DNA of 64,000 nucleotides from Mytilus californianus. Taxonomy: Eukaryota. The notes under the pieces were generated by a model. That model worked only from the letters and a program-made list of their open reading frames with translations, was not told the origin of the DNA and did no database searches. Every line of letters begins with the position of its first letter. Position 1 is the stretch's first letter. The DNA lies in the NCBI RefSeq assembly GCF_021869535.1, contig NW_026262582.1, positions 18,910,001-18,974,000 of the forward strand, written 5' to 3'. Of the stretch, positions 41,777 to 54,000 are shown piece after piece. The translations under genes were made by a program, and so were the position numbers.

Positions 41777-41923
41777 NNNNNNNNNNNNNNNNNNNNNNNN
41801 NNNNNNNNNNNNNNNNNNNNNNNNNNNNNNNNNNNNNNNNNNNNNNNNNNNNNNNNNNNNNNNNNNNNNNNNNNNNNNNNNNNNNNNNNNNNNNNNNNNN
41901 NNNNNNNNNNNNNNNNNNNNNNN
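41777..41923. other. Assembly gap (147 N)
   Basis: Run of N. Confidence 1.
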
Positions 41924-41929
41924 GAATAC

Positions 41930-44360
41930 AATTTACAGAAAATATATTACATTCATGATTTCTAAATACTCGCTGTTCGTCCATCCAAAGATTGATGCTT
42001 TGATGTTTGTTTTTATATTACACGTTGTGCAATGTTAGGGGAGAACGTTGATCACAAACATGCTTATCACCGCCATAATCTTTATGTGGCTGTCAAATTT
42101 CAGGAGCTTGTAATTCAAAGGTTGTTGTTGGTCATTGTCTCCCATATTTGTTTCCGTATATTGTTTTGTCGTGAATCAGGCCGTTGGTTTTCTAGTTTGA
42201 ATTTAGTCACAACTTTCCATGTCCGAAGCTTTTATTCCAAACTATACGGTATGAGCTTTGTTCATTGTTGAAGGCCGTCTCAAGCTGAAGTCGCCCGAAA
42301 ATTCAACAACCATCATAATACAGTTTACCGCCTTTGACTGAGATTCAAGATTACCCTAGTCTTAGTAGGGCATGCATAATTTCCATCTCACGATCGTTAT
42401 ATCAGGGTTTCCATCCATGAAGTAGGAAACTAACTACTACAACCGGTGCTGCAGGTATTCAATCTTTACTCAGGGAGAATTCCACCCATACCGTTTATAA
42501 CAGGCTTAGCCTACATGGAATTTTGTCAAATAGACCATAAGTGAAACTAGGTACACAAACGTGCAAATGTTCGATGGTGTCATACATCGAGGGTCTGAAA
42601 TTTAGGGATCTGGCACCTAATTTGGGCCAGTGATTAATCACATTGTAATTTTCCACAAATGTGGTCAGCAATATCCTACAACCTCATGACAAACCTAGTG
42701 ATGGCCAATGAAATTTAAAAGGATTAAATTTATCGAAACAATACGTTTCCGCGACATAAACTCAGTGTTATTTACGGACAGGTCAAACCAATTTAATATA
42801 GCAAGGGTATCCATGAATATCCTAATTCAGAACTACATAAATCATGTTAATGTATTGCAATGGTCCGCGATCGATCTAGTCTAAGAACGTCTTTTTGACG
42901 AACATGATAAACGTATCCACATATGCCAATCATCACCACTATCACTGGACCAACTCAGTTGCGGTGCAATATGTATGGGAAATGGTACCACGGTTAACAC
43001 ACAAATTTTGATTTTCAAGCCACAAAGATACAGAACAGTTTGAGTCTTACATGTTGGTCAAAATAGATATTGAGTAGCACCCTAATGGCATTCGTGTGTG
43101 AACACTCAACTCAACTTACCAAAGCAATGATGAAAAACATCGACTTGTAGTACACGGAATAATAGTTTAAAAAAACTGTGTTTCGTTTTTGCAATTGTAT
43201 TAGCCAGACTGTTACCACAAATGACTGTACATACAACTTTAAAAAGAACAAACTTTAACTCCGCCGCATTGTTGCGCCTGTCCCAAGTCAGGAGCCTCTA
43301 GCCTTTGTTAGTCTTGTAATATTTTTAATTTTAGTTTCTTGTGTACAATTTGGAGTTTAGTATGGCGTTCATTATCACTGAACTAGTATATATTTGTTTA
43401 GGGGCCAGCTGAAGGACGCCTCCGGGTGCGGGAATTTCTCGCTGCATTGAAGACCTGTTGTGACCTTCTGCTGTTGTCTGTTCTATGGTCGGGTTGTTGT
43501 CTCTTTGACACATTCCCCATTTCCATTCTCAATTTTATTACTTTACAATGTTCAGAAAACCACTCTGTTGTTCAGCGAAACGAAATAAAATGATAACAAC
43601 TGAGTCAAAAGAAAACAAATCAACAACAAAAGGTAAACACAATTTTGCTTTATAACAACACACTGAATCCAGCTCAAAAATATTTGCCCACTTTTGTTTT
43701 GATGATTTTTGCGGTCAAAATCTGCCTATTAACTTAGAGGATTGTTTACCACAATGCACTTTACACATTGTGTACATATTGGTCGTCCTTTTAAAAATAC
43801 ACCAATCTTTATAACGTTTAAGAATGCCAGGTTCAATTAATCTTTTTCAATGTCATAACCAACTTAACCATGGATATCAATTTTTCACACATTTTGCATA
43901 GTTACGTAACAATGACACAGACATTCTACGTTTGGGAACTGACACGTGTTTCATATTGTATTAACATTTAATCTATTTGTACTTTATCAAACACGACGTA
44001 CATGTTAACCTTACTTTATTGAAAATCAAATTATGCATAGACATTTCATTTAACTTATATATCATATTCGGACTCGGTTATTGTCAGTGAACAAGGCGTT
44101 TACATTGTATGTAAATACTGAAGGATTGGATTTTTTTTTTTGAAAAGTAAAGTCCAAGAACTGAAAAAATGTAGCTAAATTTCTTCATTGCAGGACTGCA
44201 ATATAAGTTTGAAAGCCAAAATAAAACTAAATCTCATTTTATATTTCAGTTAAATTCTATAATTCTTTGTTTTGTTTTGTTTTCATTTGATTTGTTTATC
44301 ATTTAATACGTTCCTTGTTACAAGTTTTGTAAAGGATGATTACCAGTGCACAGACTGACT
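41930..44360 (+). repeat. Local duplication family II, copy 2
   Basis: Collinear with copy 1; 41930-42000 matches 48870-48940; extra insertion at 43254-43539. Confidence 0.85.
42278..43100 (+). mobile_element. Second degenerate copy of the same Tc1 transposase
   Basis: SQAEVARKFN..HDRYIRV..HTVYNRLSLHGI..RP; same 5' breakpoint (ccg|tctcaagctgaag) as 38021. Confidence 0.85.
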
Positions 44361-45234
44361 TGTAATCTGTTCATTTGCATACTTGATTGATCTTCGTATG
44401 ATTAAGATCGTATACGAAATACATAATATAACATTTGTTTTTATTCATAATTATTGTTATAACTTTTATCATCGTTGAAGACACAATATAGATATTGGTT
44501 GAATTGCCGACGGAAACGAATTAGACATTTTATTAACCTATTTCCTTATAGAATTCTAAGCATCCGTCAGCATTTTAAAAGTGTATCAATTATTATTTGT
44601 AACATTGATACCAGCACATCTTTATTAATCCTGTATTTCTTGCCAACTAGTTATATCTGGTATAAATGATTGTTATTAATTTTCTGAATATGTTCTTAGC
44701 ATACATTATACAATGAATACTTTTTATAATTTAATTCTGAGGAGATCTGAATTTCGAACCCTATATAATATTTTACACAGGCCATCAGTGACCTATATAA
44801 TCCAATCGTCATATAAAATATGCTGCTCGTATACGCGCGTGTATATACTTTATCTGACTATTAGTATCTGATGCTTGGAAAATAACGTTATATTACTGTC
44901 ATTAAATATTTAACATATGTTGTCTGATATTGGCAAGTTCACGAACGATATATCTTGTACTCATCTTTTATTGATAATACACGTTCAGTACGTGCATAAT
45001 ACTTTACACTGAATCCTTTCATAAGTTTTGTAATAGCGACATTTAATATTTTTTGTAAGTACAAAGATAATCACATATGTTACTCCACACTAAACAGCAT
45101 GATAACTTGATACATACTGGTCGTTTAAATGAGATTAAGCTGCCAAATGTCTGTCCATTGAATTGACTTAAACTTTCAAATTTAATAAATAACATACTTA
45201 AAACTCATTAAAGATACCAGGATTTTTAGTCCTG

Positions 45235-45690
45235 CAGATCGGTGATAAAATTGTGGGTTTGATGATAAAAGCACAAAATTTGGCATGGTAGTAGTTCTGG
45301 GTGTATCAAACAATATAAAATATAGACCAACCCTGAAATTTAAAAACGGCGGTTTTTTCCAAGATGGCCGCCTATATCAAAATCAACATATATTACTGAT
45401 AAAAGGTCATAATTTAAGGTAAGATTCGGCATGTAAGTACAATGCTTAGTGTTTCGAAAAATATTAGCTTTGAACCCACCTTAAATTTCAATATGGCGGC
45501 TTTTTCCAAGATAGCCACAACAAAATATCAAAATCAACAAATATCCCTTATATTAGTTGAAATTTGTCATGTTAGTAGTGACGAGTAAGTCCTTTGAACA
45601 ATATTAGCCATTGACCAAGTTTGAAATTTTAATATGGTGGCCTTTTCCAAGATGGCCGCCATAAGATATCAAAATCAACAAATATCCTTT
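45235..45690. repeat. Interspersed repeat with about 145 bp tandem core x 3; inverted relative at about 20420-20750
   Basis: gaaattt..atggcgg..ttccaagatggccgcc..atatcaaaatcaac at 45335, 45483 and 45623. ggtttgatgataaaagca at ~45256 is reverse-complemented at 20693-20710. Confidence 0.65.
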
Positions 45691-46319
45691 ATAGGTGTAA
45701 TACCACCAAATCATAGTACGCCACATTCAGTTTCATACGAAAAAGGGCCGAAAAAAATATTCCTTTTAATTTAACAGTTGTAGGAAGGTTATCCTGCATT
45801 TCATTGAACAAAAAAAATTCTGAGTCAAAAACATATATCTTGGGTGTTTTAACGCACCATTTTGTTTTTTATTTGGTATTTCTATAGAATATTTTTTGAA
45901 GCTTTAGTTTACACGGTTACTAAAGCTTGTAAACAGAAAAATAAAGGGTAAACATTTGATTGGTTAACTTCCAGTGATGGTTATTATCTTGTATGTCATG
46001 ACATGTTATGTGACATTTTGTTTGTAGTACAGGACAGGCTAATACTTTACTCATGCCAAGTATTTCTTCATTTAAAACAAAAACAAATTCTGCACAATTT
46101 TTTGAAAAGTGCAAATCAAACAAAGACTAATAGGGGTAAATCATTGGTGGTATTACTCCAAAAGAAGGTTACACAGAGTTTTGTTTTGACGTACCTTCAG
46201 TAAAACTATGTGCCTTGTTATAACAAGTGTATACCACATTTATTTACTAAAGCCAAACTTTAAAAGATTTGTGAGGAAAGGATAGAAAATCGTAACTGCG
46301 GTACCATTCTTGCTAAACA

Positions 46320-46553
46320 ATAGGACCAGGTACTGAATGACCAAATGTACATTTACGTTTGTCGTTTATGAATGATCTAATTATCCATTCATCAACAGTA
46401 CTAAAAGATTCCATCAACATTGAATATGGAGTTCCTCCCTCACTACCTGGATGTTTTACAACAGCAGCCGTGGACAATATTGACAACAACAAGAGTTCAA
46501 CTATGGCTAAAGAATCGGATCATAGTACGACACTTTCAATATTTCAGCATTTT
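46320..46553 (+). mobile_element. Transposase fragment, probably Academ-like
   Basis: EYGVPPSLPGCFTTAAVDNIDNNKSSTMAKESDHSTTLSIFQHF matches a recalled invertebrate motif CPPxLxxGLFTTAAVDNIDHNPSSTTAxxSFHGTxISLFQH; upstream DQVL..VCRL fits YDRVL..VC. Assignment to Academ is from memory. Confidence 0.55.
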
Positions 46554-47094
46554 CTTAATCTAACTTGGCAAATTCGTATTATTACTATAGCTTAGTATAT
46601 ATTACTATAGAATAATATATATCCTTTATACTTACCAAATATAACCATGTTTTTCATACTTGCATCTAATATCTGTTTTATAGACATGCATGCTGTCAAT
46701 TGTCTAACCAGATATACACGTATGCCAACCTGGTATCATTAGTCAATTGTGCTACTCTATCATTACATGGTAAAAATAAGTTAACAAAATGATAACATAG
46801 ATGGCTTGCAGAAGATGATAATGAAAACATTAAATATGCCTGGACAGCATTCCATGCATGTAGAGCAAAGACAAATGATCATCCACCTTTATATATCAGT
46901 TCGCATTTTTATTCATTTAAAAATATGCAATAATCAGCTGGACTATCTAATTGTGTACGCCAAACGAGCGTTTCGTTTCTTAAACATTCATTATTTGTTG
47001 GTTGAATAAATCAGTAAAAGGGCCTTATTAAATACAAAGTAGACGTGTATTAGAATGACAAAGGTCACACATTCACAAAATTAACAATCCACAT

Positions 47095-47412
47095 CTGTGT
47101 TCATGTCGACGAAATGATTAAGATATGAGACAAAACTCCTACTTTCATTAGCGTCTTTAATCTTAAGTAAATGAGGATATATTGGGTGTTAGCACTCATT
47201 GAAATGTGGGTTATTAAGTGACAAAACATCATCAATATATCTGAAAGTGACATTTTAGAAACGTTTCCAGATGTTTTCTTTTTCTTTTTGTATTTGAGAC
47301 GGCTGTGTGTGAATATACATATAATAAAAAGTCGTTCCGTAGTAGTGCACAATTAATACCCATTGGAATACAGACTGTCTGCTGAAGTAGCAATAAACAA
47401 CACTCCTCAAAT
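47095..47412 (-). mobile_element. Penelope-like retroelement RT fragment
   Basis: QQTVCIPMGINCA then, after a frameshift, TFRYIDDVLSLNNPHF..IYP..IKD..SYL (YxDD motif). Confidence 0.85.
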
Positions 47413-47413
47413 A

Positions 47414-47619
47414 CTGTAAATTCAGAAATTATTGCGTGCATTTATTATTGCGATTTTGTTATTTTAGACTAAAATGCGATTTTAATTTTTGCGATATTGA
47501 GAAAAATACGGTTCAATTCATATAAAATATTTAAAAATGCGAGTTGAAATTATTGCGATTATAACCCTGTCGCATTTTTCGCAATAATAAAAACATCGCA
47601 ATAATCTCTGAATTTACAG
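47414..47619. mobile_element. MITE, Tc1/mariner type (TA TSD)
   Basis: TA|ctgtaaattcagaaattattgcg ... cgcaataatctctgaatttacag|TA; TIR of about 23 bp with 1 mismatch; 206 bp. Confidence 0.9.
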
Positions 47620-48849
47620 TATGCTATTGATAAGAAAAAGTCCAACATGCATGTAAATGATATAATTGTCGGTTTATCTATCTTTAAAATCAGAGTGGTT
47701 CTTCACGTTTCCAATTTTTGTAGAAAAAGTTCAGTTAAATGAGACGATGTTGTCGATCTTTTTATTAAGCATGGAGGATAGTATTTTAAGGTGTAGAAAA
47801 ATCAAGGTATTTGATAATACTCCAAAAGGTAAATATTATGATTGCAGATTTTGGAGTAGAACTTTATAATTATGAAGAGTTCATATCTCATTGACACTGC
47901 CTGTCGAATAAACCTCATCACAATATTTTTAAAGTCCATATTTTACTGTGGAAAGAAAAGTGGTAAGAACTTTTGAAAGATGTTTAGTCGTATTCCCGCT
48001 ATAAATCCGTTCATATAGGGATTGTTGTGAAGAATCCAGTATAAAGATGGTAGATTTGTATTGACCTTTTGTCAATACAAAATTAAAAAAACAATAAACA
48101 AAGATAAAAACAATAAACAAAGATTGATTTTCTGTGTTAAAGAATATTTCGTGTATAAGCCTTAATCCGAAACCCTGAAACACAATATATACACAGTATT
48201 TCTATAAAAATATTATTCCGTTTTTAATGAGTTACAGACAAACAACATCAATTATAATTTAGTAAAAAAAAATAATAGACTTTGTTGTAATGAAATCCCT
48301 GACATATCAATTTACCATAACTATATGTATAATGTTCATTGTTATATAATTATGTCACTCCAAACACGTACACAGCGAACGAGATGGGATATAACACTTA
48401 TGTAAGCCAACGATACATCACTGTCCTTTGTAAAACACCTAAATCTAGGAAAGGACAGTAATAGATGTTATCAGCATACATAAGATTCAAAAAGGTAACA
48501 AAACTACAGACGTACATGAATAAAAATAGTCAAAACTTCAAAGAACAAGGACTACATTTCCAATATAACAAACAATTGCTCAAAAAAATGAATTACGTGG
48601 ACGTGTGCAAGTGTACATGTTATACACACAAACTATTACATTTTTTATGATCTTTCTAGGTTATATTTTGTTGTTTTCTCACTCCTTTTACTCGATTATG
48701 TAGTGGTATTTTTTTTATATTGCGTACACTTGTTCTCGTATAGTTTTTCAACATTTATATAGACTAAATTGTAAACTTTACATCGGAAACATTTCTTATG
48801 ACTTGGTTTATTTGAAGTTGGTCACATATATTTTAAAATGAATTACCCT

Positions 48850-49403
48850 CTGTTTGCGTGACGAATTTTACAAACAGCTGAAATGTTACATTCATTACTC
48901 TTTGTTACTCGATGTTCGTCCATACAAAGATTGATGCTTCGGGTTCATTGGTAATTTATCAATGTACAAATTCTTAACACAGGATGCGTAAGTCTGTGAT
49001 AAGTTCCGCCTGGTACATTCACAATCAATAATAATCTATAAGTAAGCTGATTAATAAAAACCAATCAACGCAACTCAATGAATGTTCCCTTTTTATATTG
49101 GTTATGTATTTCATTTGATTGAGGTAATTTGTTCTAGTTATTTTTGTCCGTGTCTGTATTTTTCTCTCTGTCAAATGAATGACATATTCAACAGAATCAG
49201 GTGTTACTTTCAAATCATTAACTTCAATGATCAAAGAAATCATTTTTCAACTGTTTTCCGCAGACGTTGAAGCAACCTAACATCGATCTTACTTTTCCAA
49301 TTATATTCTAAGCGGTCATCAGGTGTGTTTTGTTTTTTCAAACGTAATGATGCCTTTTTAAAGAGATCCGACATTTTCTTTTTGTCATTGGTAGATAAAA
49401 TTT

Positions 49404-49446
<43 letters not shown>

Positions 49447-50750
49447 TTAGCTGACTCGGCACAAAATAATATTTGTTTGTATAAGTCCTAAAAAAATTAT
49501 TCAGTAAATTCTATAGTTCAAACAACGAACATGAAATTTTATAAGGTATTATTTTTTATAGAATTATGTTTTAATTCTTATTTCGATGATGTGTATTTCG
49601 CCTTTAATAAAAACAAACAACAAGTAAACATATGCTGAGGAGGCAATCAAAATCAATAAGAAACAATGACAACATCAAAGTAAAAAAAAAAAAAGACATA
49701 AGACGAAAAACAACAACGTAATATACAGACAACTAAAGTTTGAATAACACGAACCACACCAAATACCGGTGGTGAAGTCAAGTACTCTAAAGCAAAAGTG
49801 TTATCAGAGCATTCGACAGTACAATTTGTTCACTCACAGGGTATACATGTTGAAAAAAAACAATGAAAGCTACTGAAATTACTTTAAATCAAAGAAATTA
49901 ATAGAAACGACCAAACTATATTACATGATTTCTGATTTATGACAATACTTATCTTAATTTTTGATAATATTTATGATGTGCGTTGGACAACTTTTATATT
50001 TTGCTTTATGTTTTCTATTCACATTATTCAATGGTAGGTAGTCTTATATTTATTTGAATTATCATTGATGGTATTCCAGCTGCTGTAAATACAAATTTGA
50101 AAAAAAAAAAAAAAAAAAAAAAAGAAGCAATAAGGTTTTATTTTATAGCTTGGAAAAATTGCTCTGGTATTCAGCTAATAGATTTTGGTATAAACAACTC
50201 TACCACAATAGTTTACAGAAATCAAACAAACATAAACATTAACACAAGTTGTTTTTTTCCACTGGTGCATTAAACGTTTGAACATTTAACCTTTCACTAA
50301 ACGTTGATGTTTTCCTGCAATACAAATAATACCTCTCTTAATAAGGTTTAGAAATGTCAGAGCTAATTAACCACCGTTAATTTCATAAAAAAACTTAACC
50401 ATGGCATTTAATATACGCCAAATTGGGATTTCATAGTTACGTAACAATGGCCTTAAATTTGGAAACTGACCATATATATATGGAATGAACATAAAATATC
50501 TAAGGACTTTCCACACTTAGCAGACATTGGTTTATTGAGTCGGAAGTTTTTATTGACATTATTTCAATAATCAATATAAACCTATGTATATTAAAAATCC
50601 AATGAGACAGATATTTTGTATAAATTCCATCATATTGGGCATCAGGTATTGTCACTGAACAAGGATTTGGACACAGTGCATTTTTATCAAGGACTGATAC
50701 TTAAATATTTTGAATTTCAACTCAATTCCCGTATATTTTTTTATTTTTTC
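48850..50750 (+). repeat. Local duplication family II, copy 3 (no Tc1)
   Basis: Shares tactcgatgttcgtccat..aagattgatgctt, atgaatgacatattcaacag and ttaaccatgg..catagttacgtaac modules, without transposase sequence between them. Confidence 0.7.
49408..49443. repeat. (TA)n microsatellite
   Basis: Direct. Confidence 0.95.
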
Positions 50751-51099
50751 ATGCATTACGTGCTTTAAAACTATTCTGAGCGAAAACTTAGACATAAGCT
50801 GGGTTTGCTACTTGATATTCTTTAAAGTGTTATACCAAAGTACATCGACAGGATTTTCACACAAGTATTACCTCCCATACTGCAGTTTTATATAGAAAAA
50901 GGACACTGAGTTTTCGTCTCAAAGACACTACTTCCCACAATGAATGTCGTCCGATCGTCTTTGTAAGTTGTGTATAGAAGCGAAGGAAGGATTTACATAA
51001 AGACAATAGTGTATTCCGATGCATGGTGCTGGGGAAATTACCAGGCTCTCTGCACGTTAAGGACCTCTTGCAAAAGATTTGGAGAGATCCGTATGTAGC

Positions 51100-54000
51100 C
51101 TGTTAGAATGCAAATTTTTTTGCCTGATCCACAAAGATGGAAAGGATGCTAGGATAATGAAAAATCTTCAGACGAAACTGTTAAAAATCCTAGTTGATAA
51201 TTTACATGCCAAATGTTCAGCAGGATCTGCATACTGTCCCGGAGCACCTGAAATCGACCCCGTTTTTTTTGGTGGTGTTCGAGTTGTCCAGTCTTTCGTG
51301 TTCTATACTATGTTTTGTATACTGTTGTTTGACTTTTGGTCTTTGTCGTTTTTCGCCATTTGGATGTCAATTTATTTTTGAGTATGAATATCCTTTAGAC
51401 TCTTTCGCCTCTCTGTTACATATCTCATAGAGGACAGTTGCTTTTAATTTTAGAACGTATTACTGATATGCATTGCATATTGTTATAACCAATATCCTAG
51501 TAGATCTAAATGCAGGATCATATATATAATGAGTTCAAACGAGTTTCACAACATATATTGTAAACATTATACCTTATATGGTTTATTTTTCCTAATTACA
51601 ATAATGTATTCAAAATATCATGTTAAAAAATGTAGTTTAGTTTTGAAACATCAATTTATTTTGATTATTATATCATAGTTTGAAAATGTCAAATATATTT
51701 CATATTTAAATGAATAGCAACACAATATAAATGGTTATATCAGACAATGTCACCTTGTCGTTAACCTTAATGTTAAGGGTTAAAGCTGTATCTCGGTATT
51801 CCCAATATAGTGAATTGCTTTATGTTTCTTATAACACATTGCATTGAACTCTATTCGGATATTCTGAATATGACGTATATTAATTCTAAAAAGACATTAA
51901 CTGCAAATAATGTAATAGAAATAAAAATCAGCACAGGAAAACGTTAGGATGTGAGTAAACGTCCCTTTATTATAGAACACTGAATAGGTCTGAGAATGTT
52001 AAACCTTTTTTCTAGTTATTGCGATACTGTTAGAGCCGAGCAAAAAAAACCAGATGAGATTCCTAATTAAGGGAAAGATTATTTGAGATATAATGGCTGT
52101 TTTAAAGCGTTGCTTTTATTTTACTATGAAAATTGCTCCTTCCTTTTCATGCGTTAAAGGATGTTATTTGACTCGGTTTGACGTTTTAGAACTAATAAAT
52201 ATAGTATGATACCTTATTCATTTTCATTTACGGTAGGTAAATAAATGTTCATATTGAACCAAAATAATTCCTCTGTGTTTCAGACAAAATTCATTTTAAG
52301 TTTTATGTAAGTACAATTTGGCGTGAATTTGTATGTTAAGAACTATTAAGTTTTTTTTTTACTTTGTATTTTGCATAATATATGTGACAAAAATAGCAAT
52401 GTGAACGCTTCTCAAATTTGAAAAAAGGATAAGAAAAAGATATCTGACAGCACATTTTTCCATCTAAAATCAAAGTAGGAGTTGCTGCAGATAGACTAGT
52501 ATATTTTTCTACTGTCAAATAATGGTATGTTAACTTACTAGAATATATCCAATAATGGTTAATGATTTCCATTAAGATTAAGAAATATATTCACCCTTAT
52601 GCAACACAACAAATAGTAGACGTACAGACAAGAAATAGTTCACAAATCACCTGCTATAATTTGTCTATGGTACAACGATTTATTTGTGTTGGTTTACGTT
52701 TATGAAAAATGTAAATGTTAATTATGTTTTCAATTTTCTCTTTTTATTGAAAGACTATGTAAAACTAGATTGTTTATCGTAAGATTTGCTGATTTGAGAA
52801 ACTTTAAGTAAAGTAAGAGCTTTCTGTCCTTGGTTGATGACTTTGCTTTGAGGCTGAATTGGGACTGGTAACAGCGTCGAAATATTTCTACATTATATCT
52901 CTTCTTTTTCATTAAACGAACAACTATCCTTCAGTTTTATGCTTGTATTCTAACTATTTGTATTCTTGATTGACCTAATTAGTATTTGGATTGTATTACA
53001 AATTCACGATATTACACTTAAAATGAACACAGCACTACCATAATCATTATGATTTTCGGTTCATTTCATGACGGAAGAGAAAAGACTTGTCAATACCCTA
53101 TGTCCTCTACGAGCATTTTTAAACATCCGTAAACATTTCAAACAACTGTCAATGTTAATGGTTCCATTTATGTTTGTAACATTGATATCAGACAAATCTT
53201 TTAAAGATCCTAATTGACAACTTACATATCCCGTAAAAACAGTTGCTGCTGATTTAAGAACGTATTACTTAAATGCATTTGCATATTCTTATAACACAAA
53301 TCTCAATAAATCTAATTACAGGGTCCTATATATATTGAGTACAAACAGCACATGTTGTAGTTAACAAAATCGCTATTTGAAACCAAATTCAGCTACGAAA
53401 ATACTTTGTTTATCGTCGAGTAAAAATTATACCCTATGATTGATTTTCTTCGTTACAATATTTTTTTAATAATTATGTTAAAAATGTAATAAAAGTATGT
53501 GTTGCTAAACATTATTCACTCAGTACATTATTGTTTTGGAAGATGCATCAGACTTATTGTCTAATATTTTTTTATATTTAAATCAAAAACAGCATAATGT
53601 AAATAGTTTGATAAGACAATGTCATTTAGACGTAAACGTTTTACTCGATATACCGAATGGAGTGTCATTCGGGAATGACTCTTTGTTACTCATAAAAAAA
53701 TGCGCTTAACTATGATCTTGAGATGATATACCGCAATTAAAAAAAGGCTTTAACTGAACATAATGTTCGAAAATAAAAATAGCTCAAGGAAAGGTTTAGA
53801 GGCGAGTAAACGTCCCATTATTTCTAAACACTTAATCGTTCCGCGAATGTTGATAACCTTTTAATTAGTTACAGCGATATTGATCATTTAAAGTGTTATT
53901 CAAAATTAAAGGAACATTTATTTGAGATATACTTTTATAGCCGACTATACGGTATGGGTTTTTCTCATTGTTGAAGGCCGTACGGTTGCTTATAATTGCT

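Noticed and set aside
41710-41984. Four ORFs of 64-82 aa
   Set aside because: Artefacts of the N gap.
51079-51430. Overlapping 100 aa and 78 aa ORFs
   Set aside because: Mostly read-through of a SINE-like repeat.
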